A DNA stretch of 52,724 nt, filler included, from Mitosporidium daphniae (lineage: Eukaryota), in assembly GCF_000760515.2 (NCBI RefSeq). It is 19 parts of 19 records of this genome, joined end to end, with 100 filler letters (N's around TTAATTAATTAA, not from the genome) between each part and the next. Parts side by side here need not be neighbours in the genome. Positions count along the whole stretch, not along the records: positions 20,950 to 52,724 come from NW_013546256.1; 18 more parts are not named here. One strand, written 5' to 3'. Of this stretch, positions 22,450 to 33,725 are shown in pieces. Numbering within the stretch: position 1 is the first letter of the stretch; every line of letters starts with the position of its first letter. The position numbers were made by a program, and so were the translations under genes. The notes beneath the pieces were generated by a model, which saw nothing but the letters and a program-made list of their open reading frames with translations, was not told the DNA's origin and ran no database searches.

Positions 22450-23418
22450 ATGACACCTAAATCTAAACGCATCTTTGCTTCTGTAATTTCGCTTGCTGCT
22501 TTTGCTGTGATTGCGGTTATCCTATATATTTATGTCCCGATCGATTCATCCCCTTCAACATTGGCCTCAACGACTACAAAGTCAGCTGTTCAGACCGGAG
22601 ACTTACAAGAAATGAAACCGCTATCTTCGCTGTCAAATGCTACATCTTACGTGGTAGGACTTGCGGCTAACGGAACATCTTCTTTTTTTAATGTCTCAAA
22701 TACGATTAGAGACTCGCTTCCCCTTCCAGCGCTGATACCAGATGATAGAAAACCCCTTGTGAGGAATGTGATCGTTATAGGTAGTTCTATTACAGCAGTA
22801 GCTATTATATCCTTTTTTGCGTACAAAATTCACAAGGTAAGAGCGCTAAGACATGCTAGAATGTTGCGCAGTCATGGTATCTTGGGTATCATCCCTTTTA
22901 TTTCATCCGCGGTTTTTAGACAACTCTCTGGGGCCTTGATGGTGCCACAGGTGTCGTTGACTCTTGGTACTATTGGAATTCTTTACTTTGCCTTGTGGTG
23001 GAACTTTGGACTGTCACGCCTTTCATCCTACCTTGTAATTTCGATTATGAGTGGCATCGGAATCTCAGCAAGCGCTTACTTTATATCCAAGCAACTCGGC
23101 CTCTATAGACCTTCCGCCATCGTGAGCCTGATCTCAGACATAAGCAATGGTGTTGGAGATTCATTAACTGCCAGGATAGCTGGAAATATTGCCACTGTTC
23201 CCTTTTTGATTATCGTTCCTCTTCTCTTTTTCATTGGTACTACTGCATATGCTAATTCGCTTATACAATACGGAGAGACGTCTTCTTCTCTCATCTCCAT
23301 CTTTGGATTGCTAAAAGCCATTGTTTTCAGCTGCATATATTCCGTGCTTTTTGTGGCAGCTGGAACTATAGCTTTAATAATTAATGTAAACTTCATTTCA
23401 AGGAATCCTGCTGCCTAG
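22450..23418 (+). CDS. Unknown multi-pass membrane protein
   Basis: Intronless ORF with about 7 hydrophobic segments and an S/T-rich loop after the first. Confidence 0.75.
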   Translation: MTPKSKRIFASVISLAAFAVIAVILYIYVPIDSSPSTLASTTTKSAVQTGDLQEMKPLSSLSNATSYVVGLAANGTSSFFNVSNTIRDSLPLPALIPDDRKPLVRNVIVIGSSITAVAIISFFAYKIHKVRALRHARMLRSHGILGIIPFISSAVFRQLSGALMVPQVSLTLGTIGILYFALWWNFGLSRLSSYLVISIMSGIGISASAYFISKQLGLYRPSAIVSLISDISNGVGDSLTARIAGNIATVPFLIIVPLLFFIGTTAYANSLIQYGETSSSLISIFGLLKAIVFSCIYSVLFVAAGTIALIINVNFISRNPAA

Positions 23419-23503
23419 CCACCATTTTGAGGATGCCTGTGTGTGCCATACATGCGCACCAGCTTTTCAATATTTAACGTTTCAATAAAAAATTAATTGT
23501 TTA

Positions 23504-25984
23504 ATGAATTTAATAGGAGTCCACCACACGTTACTCCAGTCTTGGACTCTTTTTACGGCCATTTCAGCTGTGTCTGGCGGGGCTTCCCGGAGGATCTATT
23601 CATCAGCTAGAAAAAATAGTTTAAATCCGTCATATACGGCATTCCAGTCCCTCAATTTACAAAAGACGCATGAATCGAATTATGTCCGCTTATTTAACAT
23701 CTTACAACTTTATTCAGACGCATCAAAGATGAACTCCATAGGGACATGTAGCAAGGTCATCGATTCTTTGTCCTGCTTCATATCAATTTCAGCAGTTGCG
23801 TGCTTCGCCTTGGATATTTACGATAGGATGAGGCCATTTAGCGAGGTCTCGATTGAAGAAAAATTGAAGATTCTTCGCGTGCTCGTTTTGAATGATAAAC
23901 AATCTGTTTTGGGAAGCGTTTATTTGCCCTTTTTGTGTAAAGGTTCCGAAAAGCTAGCCGAAAATATTCGGACACATTACATTTCAGCTGGAGTTTGCAG
24001 CTCTTTTATGAAAAATCACATTGCCCGAGTGAGGAATTTTCTCGCCACGATCTCACTAGCCGAAATAGACAATACGATTTTATCTTTTCTCCTAAAAAGA
24101 GCAACCTATAATGCCCAGGCTGTGACCTCAATATTGATTCCTGCCATGGAATTCATTCCATCCATCTTGTTGACTCCACAAGTGATGGAAGTTGTCTTGA
24201 AGCAAGCCCTTTTAGTTACCCCGCCACATTCTTCCCATGCGGAGGGTTTGAGTAGGTTATTAATTGAAAGCGAAAAAGCTCTTCGCGAGTCGTCCACAGT
24301 CCTTTCGAAAACAGTGGCTCTTCAGAATCTTTCGCAGTTGCAAAGCAGCGGAAAGTTTCGACGTATCATCGAGCTTGCGGGCGAGTATTTTCATAACTGG
24401 TATGGTCTTGCTCTTTTAGGCGACTACTATTTGCTCTACAAGAAACCCAGTGCTCCTATTCGGATTCCTCCTGATGAGAGATTCTGTTCACGGCTGACCC
24501 GGCTTACAATCAACGCTCTTTTACATGTAGAGGACGTGAAGGGAATGAAAGACTTCCTACTCGAGCTTGGACAGCATCTGTTGCCGGATACCATTGCCAG
24601 CGCTCCGCTTGAAAACCTGCGAAGCGTTGCTCCCTATGTTCGTATTGGCGCTGTGAAGGTATTTAGAGTTTTTGCAACAGAAATCCAGTCCTCCTAAACG
24701 GAGGAGCCTCATAAATTTGATAATCACCAATTAGGGGTATCCAATACACATCGGTACCATGATCTTATGCTTGGCGAATCGCCAATTTCCCTGATCCATC
24801 TTCTTGATGCTAGTCGAACCCTAGAGTTGCTTTGTGACAGTCCCATTCATCGACAATCGCTTATACGAGCTCTGCTATATCAAGCCGTTCCACGCTCCAT
24901 GGTGGGCATCAAACTACCCTTTATAAAGCTTTTGAATCTTTTAAGATCGGTCGACCCGGAGCTAAAAACACAATGGCTTGGAGGTGGAGGCGGAAAAAAT
25001 TTGTACATCACACAGTTTCAGAAACATCTGAACTTTATTGGCGATTTTGATGCTGCTGAGCTTTTAAATTACTATGGAAGTGAGGAATGGCAAAGTGTAG
25101 TCCTGACCGGCAACGATCATCACCACCACCATCCAACTGGCAATGGTCCTTCATTCGGACCAACGAGGCGGACTAGACACAATGTAGCCGAGAAAGACAT
25201 TTTGCTTGCGCTGGGATTGCCTGCAAAGAGCGTACAGAGGCTTTCTACTAATGGAGGACCAGAAAGCCCGCCTCCGTTGCTTTGGGATCTACTTTTTTCC
25301 TGCTTTACTAAAGTATTCATGATCCGAACGGGGCTCCATGCACCCATGTCTCGCTTCTATGCTGACTTTAGAGAGCTGATTTCAATTGAAACGCTGCACT
25401 TTCACTCGGTGGCCGTTCTTCTTTGCTCCCATCTCCTTCTTCTGAGGATGAACGAGGTTTTTGAGATTAGCAAGAAATGGCTGCACGGCTATAATGGCCT
25501 CAAGCGAAAAGATTTGCAAAAAGGGAAGCACGGAGACAGCAGCAATATCAAAGTATACCACAAGCGATTTCTTTCCGATCTGGAGATTCTTGAAGAATTA
25601 CAATCGCTCTTGCCTATTTGGAGCCAGTTTATAAGAGACTTTGAAAAGAGGACATGTGGAAGACCTTTCCCGACAAACGAGGAAAACTCGCTTATTATTT
25701 TAGATTTACTATCAGCCATGAACGTCCCTGTAAAGAAAGAAATCATTCAAGCGTTAACTGATGATTTTCTTATCAAATGTCCTACAATCCAAGACGTTAG
25801 GAAGACAGCCAAGGATCTTCACATCCGCCTGAACGGAGATCAGGGCACAGAGGTAGATTCGGAAATCAGAAGACTGCTTTGTCTGGTTCTGGCAATCCCT
25901 CCGGAGATTGCCCATTTTAGACATCGCTTTTACCATTATTTATTTGAGCGTAAAAAAGGCTTTTTGGACAATAAAAGCAATTAA
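23504..25984 (+). CDS. Unknown helical protein; two same-frame ORFs separated by one TAA (24695-24697), probably one gene
   Basis: 397 aa and 405 aa ORFs in the same frame with an open frame between them. GT donor at 24659. Confidence 0.6.
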
Positions 25985-26208
25985 TTAAAGAAATTTATTT
26001 TAGATTGCCTGGCATGTCTCATTGGCTTGTATAGCCATCTGCTAAGTCAAATTAGAATATTGCTTTTTGCACGTCTAAATTCTATTGGCTACAAAAAATA
26101 AATATCAGTTTAAAACGCCAAAGGCTTTAGTCTCGATTTGGAGCCCTGTTCTGTTTTACACCGAAAGCAGCCATAGCGATTGGGCCGTCTAATAGTTGCA
26201 TTTGATTG

Positions 26209-27558
26209 ATGTGTTTTGAGAAGCTCTTTAATATTTTTTTTGGTAAGGTTTGCCATAATCGTAAAGGGGAGAGTGACATGCATCATCATGCGTGTACGCA
26301 GAAGCCCATAATGATGCCAAAAAAAACAGCCTCGCCACCCTGGAAATCGATCGCTGAATACAACTCAAAAGAAGCCAAGATGTTGTCCGCTAAGATCGAC
26401 AGGAAGCTGCAGGCAGATCGGATCATATCTGAAATGGAAATAAAACTTCTTCTTCTCGGAACCGGCGAGTCTGGAAAGTCCACAATTATGAAGCAAATGA
26501 AGGTGATTCATAATAACGGATATCACAAGACAGAGCTACTGGCCTTTAGGAGGGATATTCATCGCAATCTTCTGGAATCCATCCAACAGCTTTTGGCCTC
26601 TCTTTCCAGCTTGTCTATTGACATTTGTGACCTTGATCGGCTGGATGTGTCGCCTTTTTTTCATCGACGTAAATATTCGATGGAGGAAAAGATTGCTTTT
26701 CAAAATGCAGTCGCCCTCATACTGCGCGCGCAGACCTCCGCTTGCGACCGAATTGGAATAGGTAGCAATGGAGGCACTCCCCCTCCATCATCGGCCTCTG
26801 TCCTCTCAGCAGCAAATGGAAGAAACTGGGATCTCATTGATCGGCCGATGGCCGATGCAATAAAGTTGCTTTGGCGGACGACTGGGTTGCGAAAGCATTT
26901 TGACAAGCTTGCGCATTCGAGCTATATCCTATGCCAAGCCCCTTACTTTCTGGATAATGTTGAACGGATAGCGATGCCGGGATATATCCCCACCATTCAA
27001 GATGTGCTCCGCGCACGAATCAAGACAACAGGCATTTCAGAAACACGCTTTAGAATCAGATCTGGCCACTACTCCCCCTCTGTATGTATGATCGATGTTG
27101 GGGGCCAAATCTCGGAAAGGAAAAAGTGGATCCACTGTTTTGAATCCGTAACAGCGATCCTGTTTTGCGTGTCGCTTTCGGAATATGACCAGGTGTTGCT
27201 AGAAGATCCCTCTCAATCCAGATTTTTAGACTCCCTCTTGCTATTTGAGAGCATTGTCAACTCCCAGTGGTTCAAAAACACGATTATCATTTTATTTTTG
27301 AATAAGATTGATTTATTCAAGAACAAGCTTGCAGTTTCTCCTCTTTCAAGCTACTTTGAAGATTATGACGGGCCTCCAAATGACTTTGAGCATGCAGCCA
27401 CCTTTATCCAGACAAAGTTTCTTGCTTTAAACCATTCTGGCTTGCCAATATATACGCATTTTACCTGTGCCACAGATACCCGGCAAATAGAAACCGTGTT
27501 TGCCGCCATTAAGGAAGCAATTCTCAGTAGGGCGCTCAAAGAAACAGGGCTGTTGTGA
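26209..27558 (+). CDS. Heterotrimeric G protein alpha subunit
   Basis: KLLLLGTGESGKST, RARIKTTG, DVGGQ, FLNKID, TCATDT. Confidence 0.97.
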   Translation: MCFEKLFNIFFGKVCHNRKGESDMHHHACTQKPIMMPKKTASPPWKSIAEYNSKEAKMLSAKIDRKLQADRIISEMEIKLLLLGTGESGKSTIMKQMKVIHNNGYHKTELLAFRRDIHRNLLESIQQLLASLSSLSIDICDLDRLDVSPFFHRRKYSMEEKIAFQNAVALILRAQTSACDRIGIGSNGGTPPPSSASVLSAANGRNWDLIDRPMADAIKLLWRTTGLRKHFDKLAHSSYILCQAPYFLDNVERIAMPGYIPTIQDVLRARIKTTGISETRFRIRSGHYSPSVCMIDVGGQISERKKWIHCFESVTAILFCVSLSEYDQVLLEDPSQSRFLDSLLLFESIVNSQWFKNTIIILFLNKIDLFKNKLAVSPLSSYFEDYDGPPNDFEHAATFIQTKFLALNHSGLPIYTHFTCATDTRQIETVFAAIKEAILSRALKETGLL

Positions 27559-27775
27559 TTGTATTGGTGTTTGGGTTGTCTTGGTTTGGTTGATTGAATT
27601 GGGGCCGCATTGTATTTAATAAATTTGTTTTATTAATTGGCAGTACCTCAATGTGTTTGTAAAGCTTTGGGTTAACAAACTCAGCGCATGATATTAAATA
27701 ATTTGACATTAATTAAAATTGTGTGTGATACCGATTAGGATTAAACTACGCTTTTGATTGGCCTTTAAATTTTTT

Positions 27776-28999
27776 ATGAGTAAGCTCCAAAAACAACTTC
27801 TGTTTCTCGAGTTGGCAGTGGCTAGTATCAATGGCTGCTTTTGTGATAGCAATACTGCCTTAAAAACTCAAAATCGGACATCAAATCCAGACTTAGATCT
27901 AAGAAAGGTCCAATCTCAACACATTCCTGGCGTCGCCAACATTCTCACCAACAAAAAACATAAAGGGCTACAGATGGAGCGCCCTGTTGATAATACAGAC
28001 GTTTCATCTGAAAAAAAGGATGCAGATCGCAATGTGATTGGCATTTTGGCTTTTACAAAGAACATCTTTTGTATCCATAAAACCTTGGTTGATTTTTTCA
28101 ACGGCTTCTCCCTATTTACTTCATGCATTCCATCCATTATGCCATCATATAAGACCATATGCTCAATTAAACATTCCATCTTTACATGCACGCTATCTCG
28201 TGTGAGCATCTTACGCATCCTAAAGCATCTTCTTAAGCAGCTTTATGTGTTTGTATTGACCCGTTTTTGGCCAACAGTCTGGTATTTCTTCCTCGTGTTT
28301 ATCCATATGGAGTGTTTCTGTAGGTTTTATACAAGTATTTTCGGTGTTTCCACTCTACTGCGTCCTGGATTCAATAATGCGCCTTTCTGTGACATGCTTG
28401 ACGCTGTGATGACTAAATCTTTGAACAACACGTCTATTTTTCCTTCGCTTAAATATGTCTACTTTTACGGATGGAACTATTCTCCTGAGATTCCTGTAAT
28501 TTTAGACCGGTTGCCTTTCCCTGTTAACCATATCATTAAGTTTCCGATGCCGAATATATTTTCGTCTTATTTCTACCAGATAATTACATTTATAGAAGAG
28601 CTTTTTGTGAAAGGTTTCCTGATAAATTATCCTTTTCTTTTGACAACTTATACTTCGTTTTTTGGCCTCTTAAGGGATACCTTTGGGCTTCCCTTGGCTT
28701 CTTACATAATTTCGCCTGTTTTATGCACTTTACAAAACTTTATGGACTATCTTTTTGACACTTTAGTCAAGAACCCGTATTTAAGTACTTTACAACCCTT
28801 CTTTATAGATATGAGCACACGTATCAAACGGCTTCTAATCGCTATTCGTGCCACAACTACATGTGGATCTCCTCTCTTGCCTAATATTACCCAAGTTTAT
28901 CTACAAAAAGCACAATTCTGTTTTATTTCGCTTATAGATTTCCTTTCCCCTGTCATTGAAGCATTTAGATACATGTTAGAGTTCGTGTCAATATTTTAA
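27776..28999 (+). CDS. Unknown hydrophobic protein
   Basis: About 407-codon ORF with no recognised motif. Confidence 0.65.
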   Translation: MSKLQKQLLFLELAVASINGCFCDSNTALKTQNRTSNPDLDLRKVQSQHIPGVANILTNKKHKGLQMERPVDNTDVSSEKKDADRNVIGILAFTKNIFCIHKTLVDFFNGFSLFTSCIPSIMPSYKTICSIKHSIFTCTLSRVSILRILKHLLKQLYVFVLTRFWPTVWYFFLVFIHMECFCRFYTSIFGVSTLLRPGFNNAPFCDMLDAVMTKSLNNTSIFPSLKYVYFYGWNYSPEIPVILDRLPFPVNHIIKFPMPNIFSSYFYQIITFIEELFVKGFLINYPFLLTTYTSFFGLLRDTFGLPLASYIISPVLCTLQNFMDYLFDTLVKNPYLSTLQPFFIDMSTRIKRLLIAIRATTTCGSPLLPNITQVYLQKAQFCFISLIDFLSPVIEAFRYMLEFVSIF

Positions 29000-29115
29000 T
29001 CGATCAGGGATTGAACCATACTGCCAATGGACATCACATCAATTTTTTAATTATTTAATAAATATCCGTTTTTTAAAAATGTTGTACGCTGTTAGATTAT
29101 TATTGGTTTGCCACG

Positions 29116-30008
29116 CTATTTTACTGAAACGGTACTTTTAAATTTGAAATATTGGTACTGAAGTACCTGCCAAATTAAATTCAAAAACGAAAAATCTGGC
29201 CACAGGGTGTCGTCAAATAATAAAAGCGTGTTTTGAGAGGTGATCTACAATTTCAGTGACCATCAACGACATACTTGCCACATCATAAAATCAGAAAGCC
29301 TGTGCTCCCCTGATGTCCGGATCAATAAGTCCAAGGGAGGGCCTTTAGCCGTATCCAAAAAGCCATCTATTTTCCCATCACATCCTTTTGCTGAGGTCTT
29401 TTGACACACAGCACGTTCAATCTCATTTGTACTTGTATATAGAAATGCGATGTTCAATATCCGCTTTCCGCCTTTTGTCATCGAAATGGTCTCGTTTATC
29501 TGATTTCGCATGTCTTCCTGGGCAAGGGACATGTCTCCAATTACACGGATGGAGACAGACTTTTCCTTAACCAGCGAGCTAAACAATAAAAGGATATCCC
29601 ATTACCTGTGCATGGACAATAGTTTACATTTTTCCATCGCAAGAGACATCAAAAACGACACTTCTTGCGTGGATCGCTTAAAGTTCTCAATGCTAAATGC
29701 ATAAAGGGTCACGCATTCGACATCAAGCAGTAAGCACCATTTGAGGATCTGGAATAAGTAAATGCGTAAATAAATAGACAAACTTTCTCCAACGCTTTAT
29801 ATCCATTAAGGTGGCCAATGCCTACACCGTCGGCATCGCCAGCCAAAAAACCTCTTTTTTGTCTGGACCATCTTCTATTGCCATCCATGATAAACGAGAT
29901 GTGTTTAGGAACAGGTCCCAGTTTGACAAAATAAATTACAAGCGGAATGAGAATATCATCGATTATCGAGCTCATGATTCCACCAAACTTTACCAAAAGG
30001 CGGTCCAT
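29116..30008 (-). CDS. RER2: cis-prenyltransferase (dehydrodolichyl diphosphate synthase, Rer2/DHDDS), multi-exon
   Basis: [51 protein letters not shown]. Confidence 0.95.
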
Positions 30009-30288
30009 TCAAATTAAAATCCGCAAATTTCTTGCTGTTTAATCCTCTTTTGCGAAGAAAATGTATCATCAGCAACTTGCCCCATGTAAGCGCTGCATTA
30101 AAAAGCATCAAACTGGCGGCTAGCATCAAATGGATCGCTTAACGTTATGTGCACACCTAAAACACAGACAGGTTGAACACATATGTAAAATGAGCTATTT
30201 TATTGATGGTGCATGTCGTCACTAACATGTCGTGCGTTAATGTAAAATATTTTTCTCTTTAATTTTCAGACCAAGAAAAAACAAGGCA

Positions 30289-31764
30289 TCATGCTTTGGC
30301 CTCATCTTGTGGCTGCTGCTTTATGGCAGACGTAGGGTGCGTTTCAGGGTATTTGATTAGCCGCATAATGATCTTCTCAAAGACAATCTCCGACATGAGA
30401 AGCCCAAATGAAACTATGATGCCGATGATGATGGAGCCGAGTAGAGTTCTGTAAAAGTTGGTATTTGCCCCAGAGCAGTCGGCCTTGTGCAGGCCTGCAA
30501 GGAGAGCAAAGGCTGCTCTGACAATTCGGGAACCAGGAACAAGGGGCAGCATCGCACAGTACATCGCGGCTTCGGGGATTTGCCTGACAGCTTTGCAGGT
30601 GGACCTCATAAAGATACCGAGAGAAAAAGCACTAGCAAAGTGGACAAGTTCGTCTGGAAATGCAAGAACCTCCTCAAATAAATATATCATCAAGAAGCAG
30701 AAGACCGTCGAGACAATTGCAAGAATCCATTGCGAACGCCGAGTTTGATAAATAAGGCAACACGCGATAGCAAAAAGGCAAACCAAAATGATGCTAGTAC
30801 CGAGGTCTACTTTCAGCTCTGGGGTTGTCGCGAACCTAAGGTACTGGTTGGGGTCGACTCCGGTAACCCAAATGGCTACTGAATAAGAGATGCCCATGAT
30901 GATTGCAATGAAGCAGCAGCCAAACAACATGATAAACCCGGGGGCTGGGCCAGCCTTGGACAGAATATCAATCGTGGCAATAACAAGTGAAAATCCGGGA
31001 AGAATCCAAATATTGGAAGCAAGGATCACTGGCCAGAAAGAAATTGGCTGGCTGGTTCCATGTGAAAGCACGGAAAAAAATATGGCCAATAATGCACAGA
31101 CAAATGAGCAAAGAACTTCGTGGAAAGGGAGAAGCATGGTTGGGAGGCTATCTGAGAGCAGCGCAAATACACCGGCAATTGAGCCGATAAGAAGGGTAAC
31201 GGCGCCATCCAAAAGCGACCCGCCAAAGAAAGCAGGAGCCATAGGGGCTGCCATAAAGCCGAAGCCAAGTAAAAGACCATATTTTCCATATGGAAGAGGC
31301 TCCTTCTCGATCGCTGTAAGACGGACAATTACATCGCCAACTAGGATCGAGTTGACATTCTTATGCATATCTTCTATAAGATCAGCCAAATTTTGCAGTG
31401 TTGAGAGCTGAAATCCCCACCTGCATTGAAGCGCAAAAGCTACATTCAACAAAGAAACGTGTGGCAGGGAAAGCTCCTCCTCTCCTATTCCAGAGGTAGG
31501 CCATGTAAGAAGAATGCGACCAGGGAGAAAGCTCACCGTTGCCTCAAGGTCTAAAATTTTACACAGCTTATCAATGTACACCTGAGTCAAATGTGCTGTA
31601 CCGCCACATTTGTACACCAAGGGAATGATCCTAAGCAGAAGTCCACGTTTTTTTGGGACCGAAAGATCTCTCAAAACGACACCATTGAGATTGGTTTGGC
31701 TTGCGAATTGCTTATCTTCTATTTCTGTGCTAATTGGTAGTGGTTCAGTAGAGTTGGAAGACAT
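30289..31764 (-). CDS. ThrE/Prm10-family membrane exporter
   Basis: YKCGGTAHL...SFLPG N-terminal motif, about 10 TM segments, ILPG and LVPG motifs. Confidence 0.8.
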   Translation of the reverse strand: MSSNSTEPLPISTEIEDKQFASQTNLNGVVLRDLSVPKKRGLLLRIIPLVYKCGGTAHLTQVYIDKLCKILDLEATVSFLPGRILLTWPTSGIGEEELSLPHVSLLNVAFALQCRWGFQLSTLQNLADLIEDMHKNVNSILVGDVIVRLTAIEKEPLPYGKYGLLLGFGFMAAPMAPAFFGGSLLDGAVTLLIGSIAGVFALLSDSLPTMLLPFHEVLCSFVCALLAIFFSVLSHGTSQPISFWPVILASNIWILPGFSLVIATIDILSKAGPAPGFIMLFGCCFIAIIMGISYSVAIWVTGVDPNQYLRFATTPELKVDLGTSIILVCLFAIACCLIYQTRRSQWILAIVSTVFCFLMIYLFEEVLAFPDELVHFASAFSLGIFMRSTCKAVRQIPEAAMYCAMLPLVPGSRIVRAAFALLAGLHKADCSGANTNFYRTLLGSIIIGIIVSFGLLMSEIVFEKIIMRLIKYPETHPTSAIKQQPQDEAKA

Positions 31765-32149
31765 CCTTTAAATGGTAGTAAAAAAGAGGTTTATTCAACG
31801 ACAGCCAAACTATTTATAGCTGATTGATGACAAAAGAAAATTAATTTAATATATCATTTATGAGTAACGCTTCGTCTTATCATTGGCTAAATTAGTCACT
31901 ACAGCCAATCAGCATCGAGTAGATATTCTTCTTTACAGTCCATTGGCCAATATGTTTAATATCCTTAATTTAACCCTGACTCTAACCCTAGCTTGATGAT
32001 TGTTATCCTCCCTCCTCCATATATAATATGGTCACACCTCCAAGGTAGATCATGCTAGCATAATGATGCCAAAAGTATGATTGCACGGAAGGCTATGCAT
32101 TTGAGCTTTGGAAACTAGTGTATCAAACAAGACATAAAAATAAACTTTA

Positions 32150-33696
32150 TTATAACAAGCCCTGCCGGTGCAAATCTTCAAAGGTTTTTCTGTTATAGAC
32201 ATTTCCTTCAAAGTCCTCAAACTCCTCCATCGTATCGGACTTGAAAGTTTCTACCTTTGAGGATTTTTTAATTTTCTCCCATAGTGCATATGCATCTGCA
32301 ATGGCAGTGATGTCCTGGAAATGCCTGGTGTTTGGAATTCCGAGACACTTCATTCCGTAAGAATGGCGCCATTCCTAAGATAAATAGTGGATGTGAAAGC
32401 ATACTTGAAAATGTTTGTCAAAAACGCGCCTGCCCATATAGATGTAGTTGCCACATATTTCACAAGAATAGGACACGCCCAATCCATGTAGCTTGTACAG
32501 CCAGTATGGAATTGGCTTTCCATCCCAACCAAGCGGCAATTTAAGTGGATTGTATAGTTTTTCTTCCTGGGCTTTGGTTAGTTGTGCCTCAAACTTTTCA
32601 AGGTCGTGTTTAAGAGCATTTGTATCTAGCTCCTCGACATTGTCGTCATCGCCATTGGTCATGCCATGGCGATGGCGCGAGTCCAGCTCCGAAATCGTGC
32701 TGGACTGCTTCCGTTCAATATTTCCTTTTGTAGATGACAGCTCTAATGCCAACACATTATCAAAGTAATAATGGATATGAAATTCCAATTTTGAAGTGAT
32801 CTCATCGCGGTTTGGAAGCTTTTCTGTTTTATGTGCAGATAAGGCATGTGCAGCCTTTTTCATGTGCTTTGGTGAGTTTAGATGGGCCATGTAAACGGTT
32901 TCCTTCTCAAAAGATCTTGAACATACGGAGCATGAATATGCCGATGTAAATTGAAGAGCCCCACTTTGGACCAGCTTCACAAACTCGGCATTTATTTTTG
33001 AATGCAAAAATTCGACATCCATCAGAGGCTTGGCCCTCAAAATAAAGCTTCGTAAATAGGTTGACAAATCCTCCAAATAATTTAGATAGGCAGAGGATTT
33101 TTTTGTCTCCTTTGGGATATTTTCAAAGGAAGAAATGCGATCCAAATAGGTCAGATAATCGACATTGCCGATATCTTTCAGATTAACAAATTCCAAGTGG
33201 GATGCATTTAGATCCAAAAATCGACCAAAGCCCTCATCGCCAGAAAACATTGCCTCGATTCCTAAAAATAAGACCGAAAATGCATACCAATCTCGATGTC
33301 TTTAATGGCAAGCAACTCATCCATAAGAGGCATTGCGGGCTCGTCTGCATGCGAACGAAGGTCCTCCTTAATTGTCCGCAGACGAGAATAGAACTCCGAC
33401 ATTTCGACATTGGTTTCCAATAAAGACAGCTCTTTACCCCTTTCCATAATGTAGGGGTTAGAATCGGAGGAATCTTGCAGCCCAAAGGACTTTATAAGAA
33501 AATCGGCCGAAATTAAGGAATTGTCCAAAAGCCGCCTGATGCTGTGCTCCTGTGCCAGTTGTTCATGGATCTGACGCTTAAAAAAATAACATACCTTTTT
33601 CTGCTTTCTCATCAGCAGCTCCGAAATCAGATATTCAGTAAGATCTATCGTCTCAAGAGCCCTCCTCTGCTGCTCAAAAATGCTACACTGCATCAT
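32150..33696 (-). CDS. SF3A3: Splicing factor 3A subunit 3 (Prp9), multi-exon
   Basis: FSGDEGFGRFLDL, YNPLKLPLGWDGKPIPYWLYKLHGL, CEICGN, EEFEDFEGNVYNRKTFEDLHRQGLL. Confidence 0.97.
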
Positions 33697-33725
33697 TTAA
33701 AATTAAAATTTACTGCAATTTTTAA

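Noticed and set aside
30458..31411. Long antisense ORFs over ThrE, and similar ones over HSF, TAF6 and SOD
   Set aside because: They are shadows of real genes on the opposite strand with no independent motifs.
31970..31992. Two TAACCCT telomere-like motifs
   Set aside because: Not a tandem array; too short to call telomeric.
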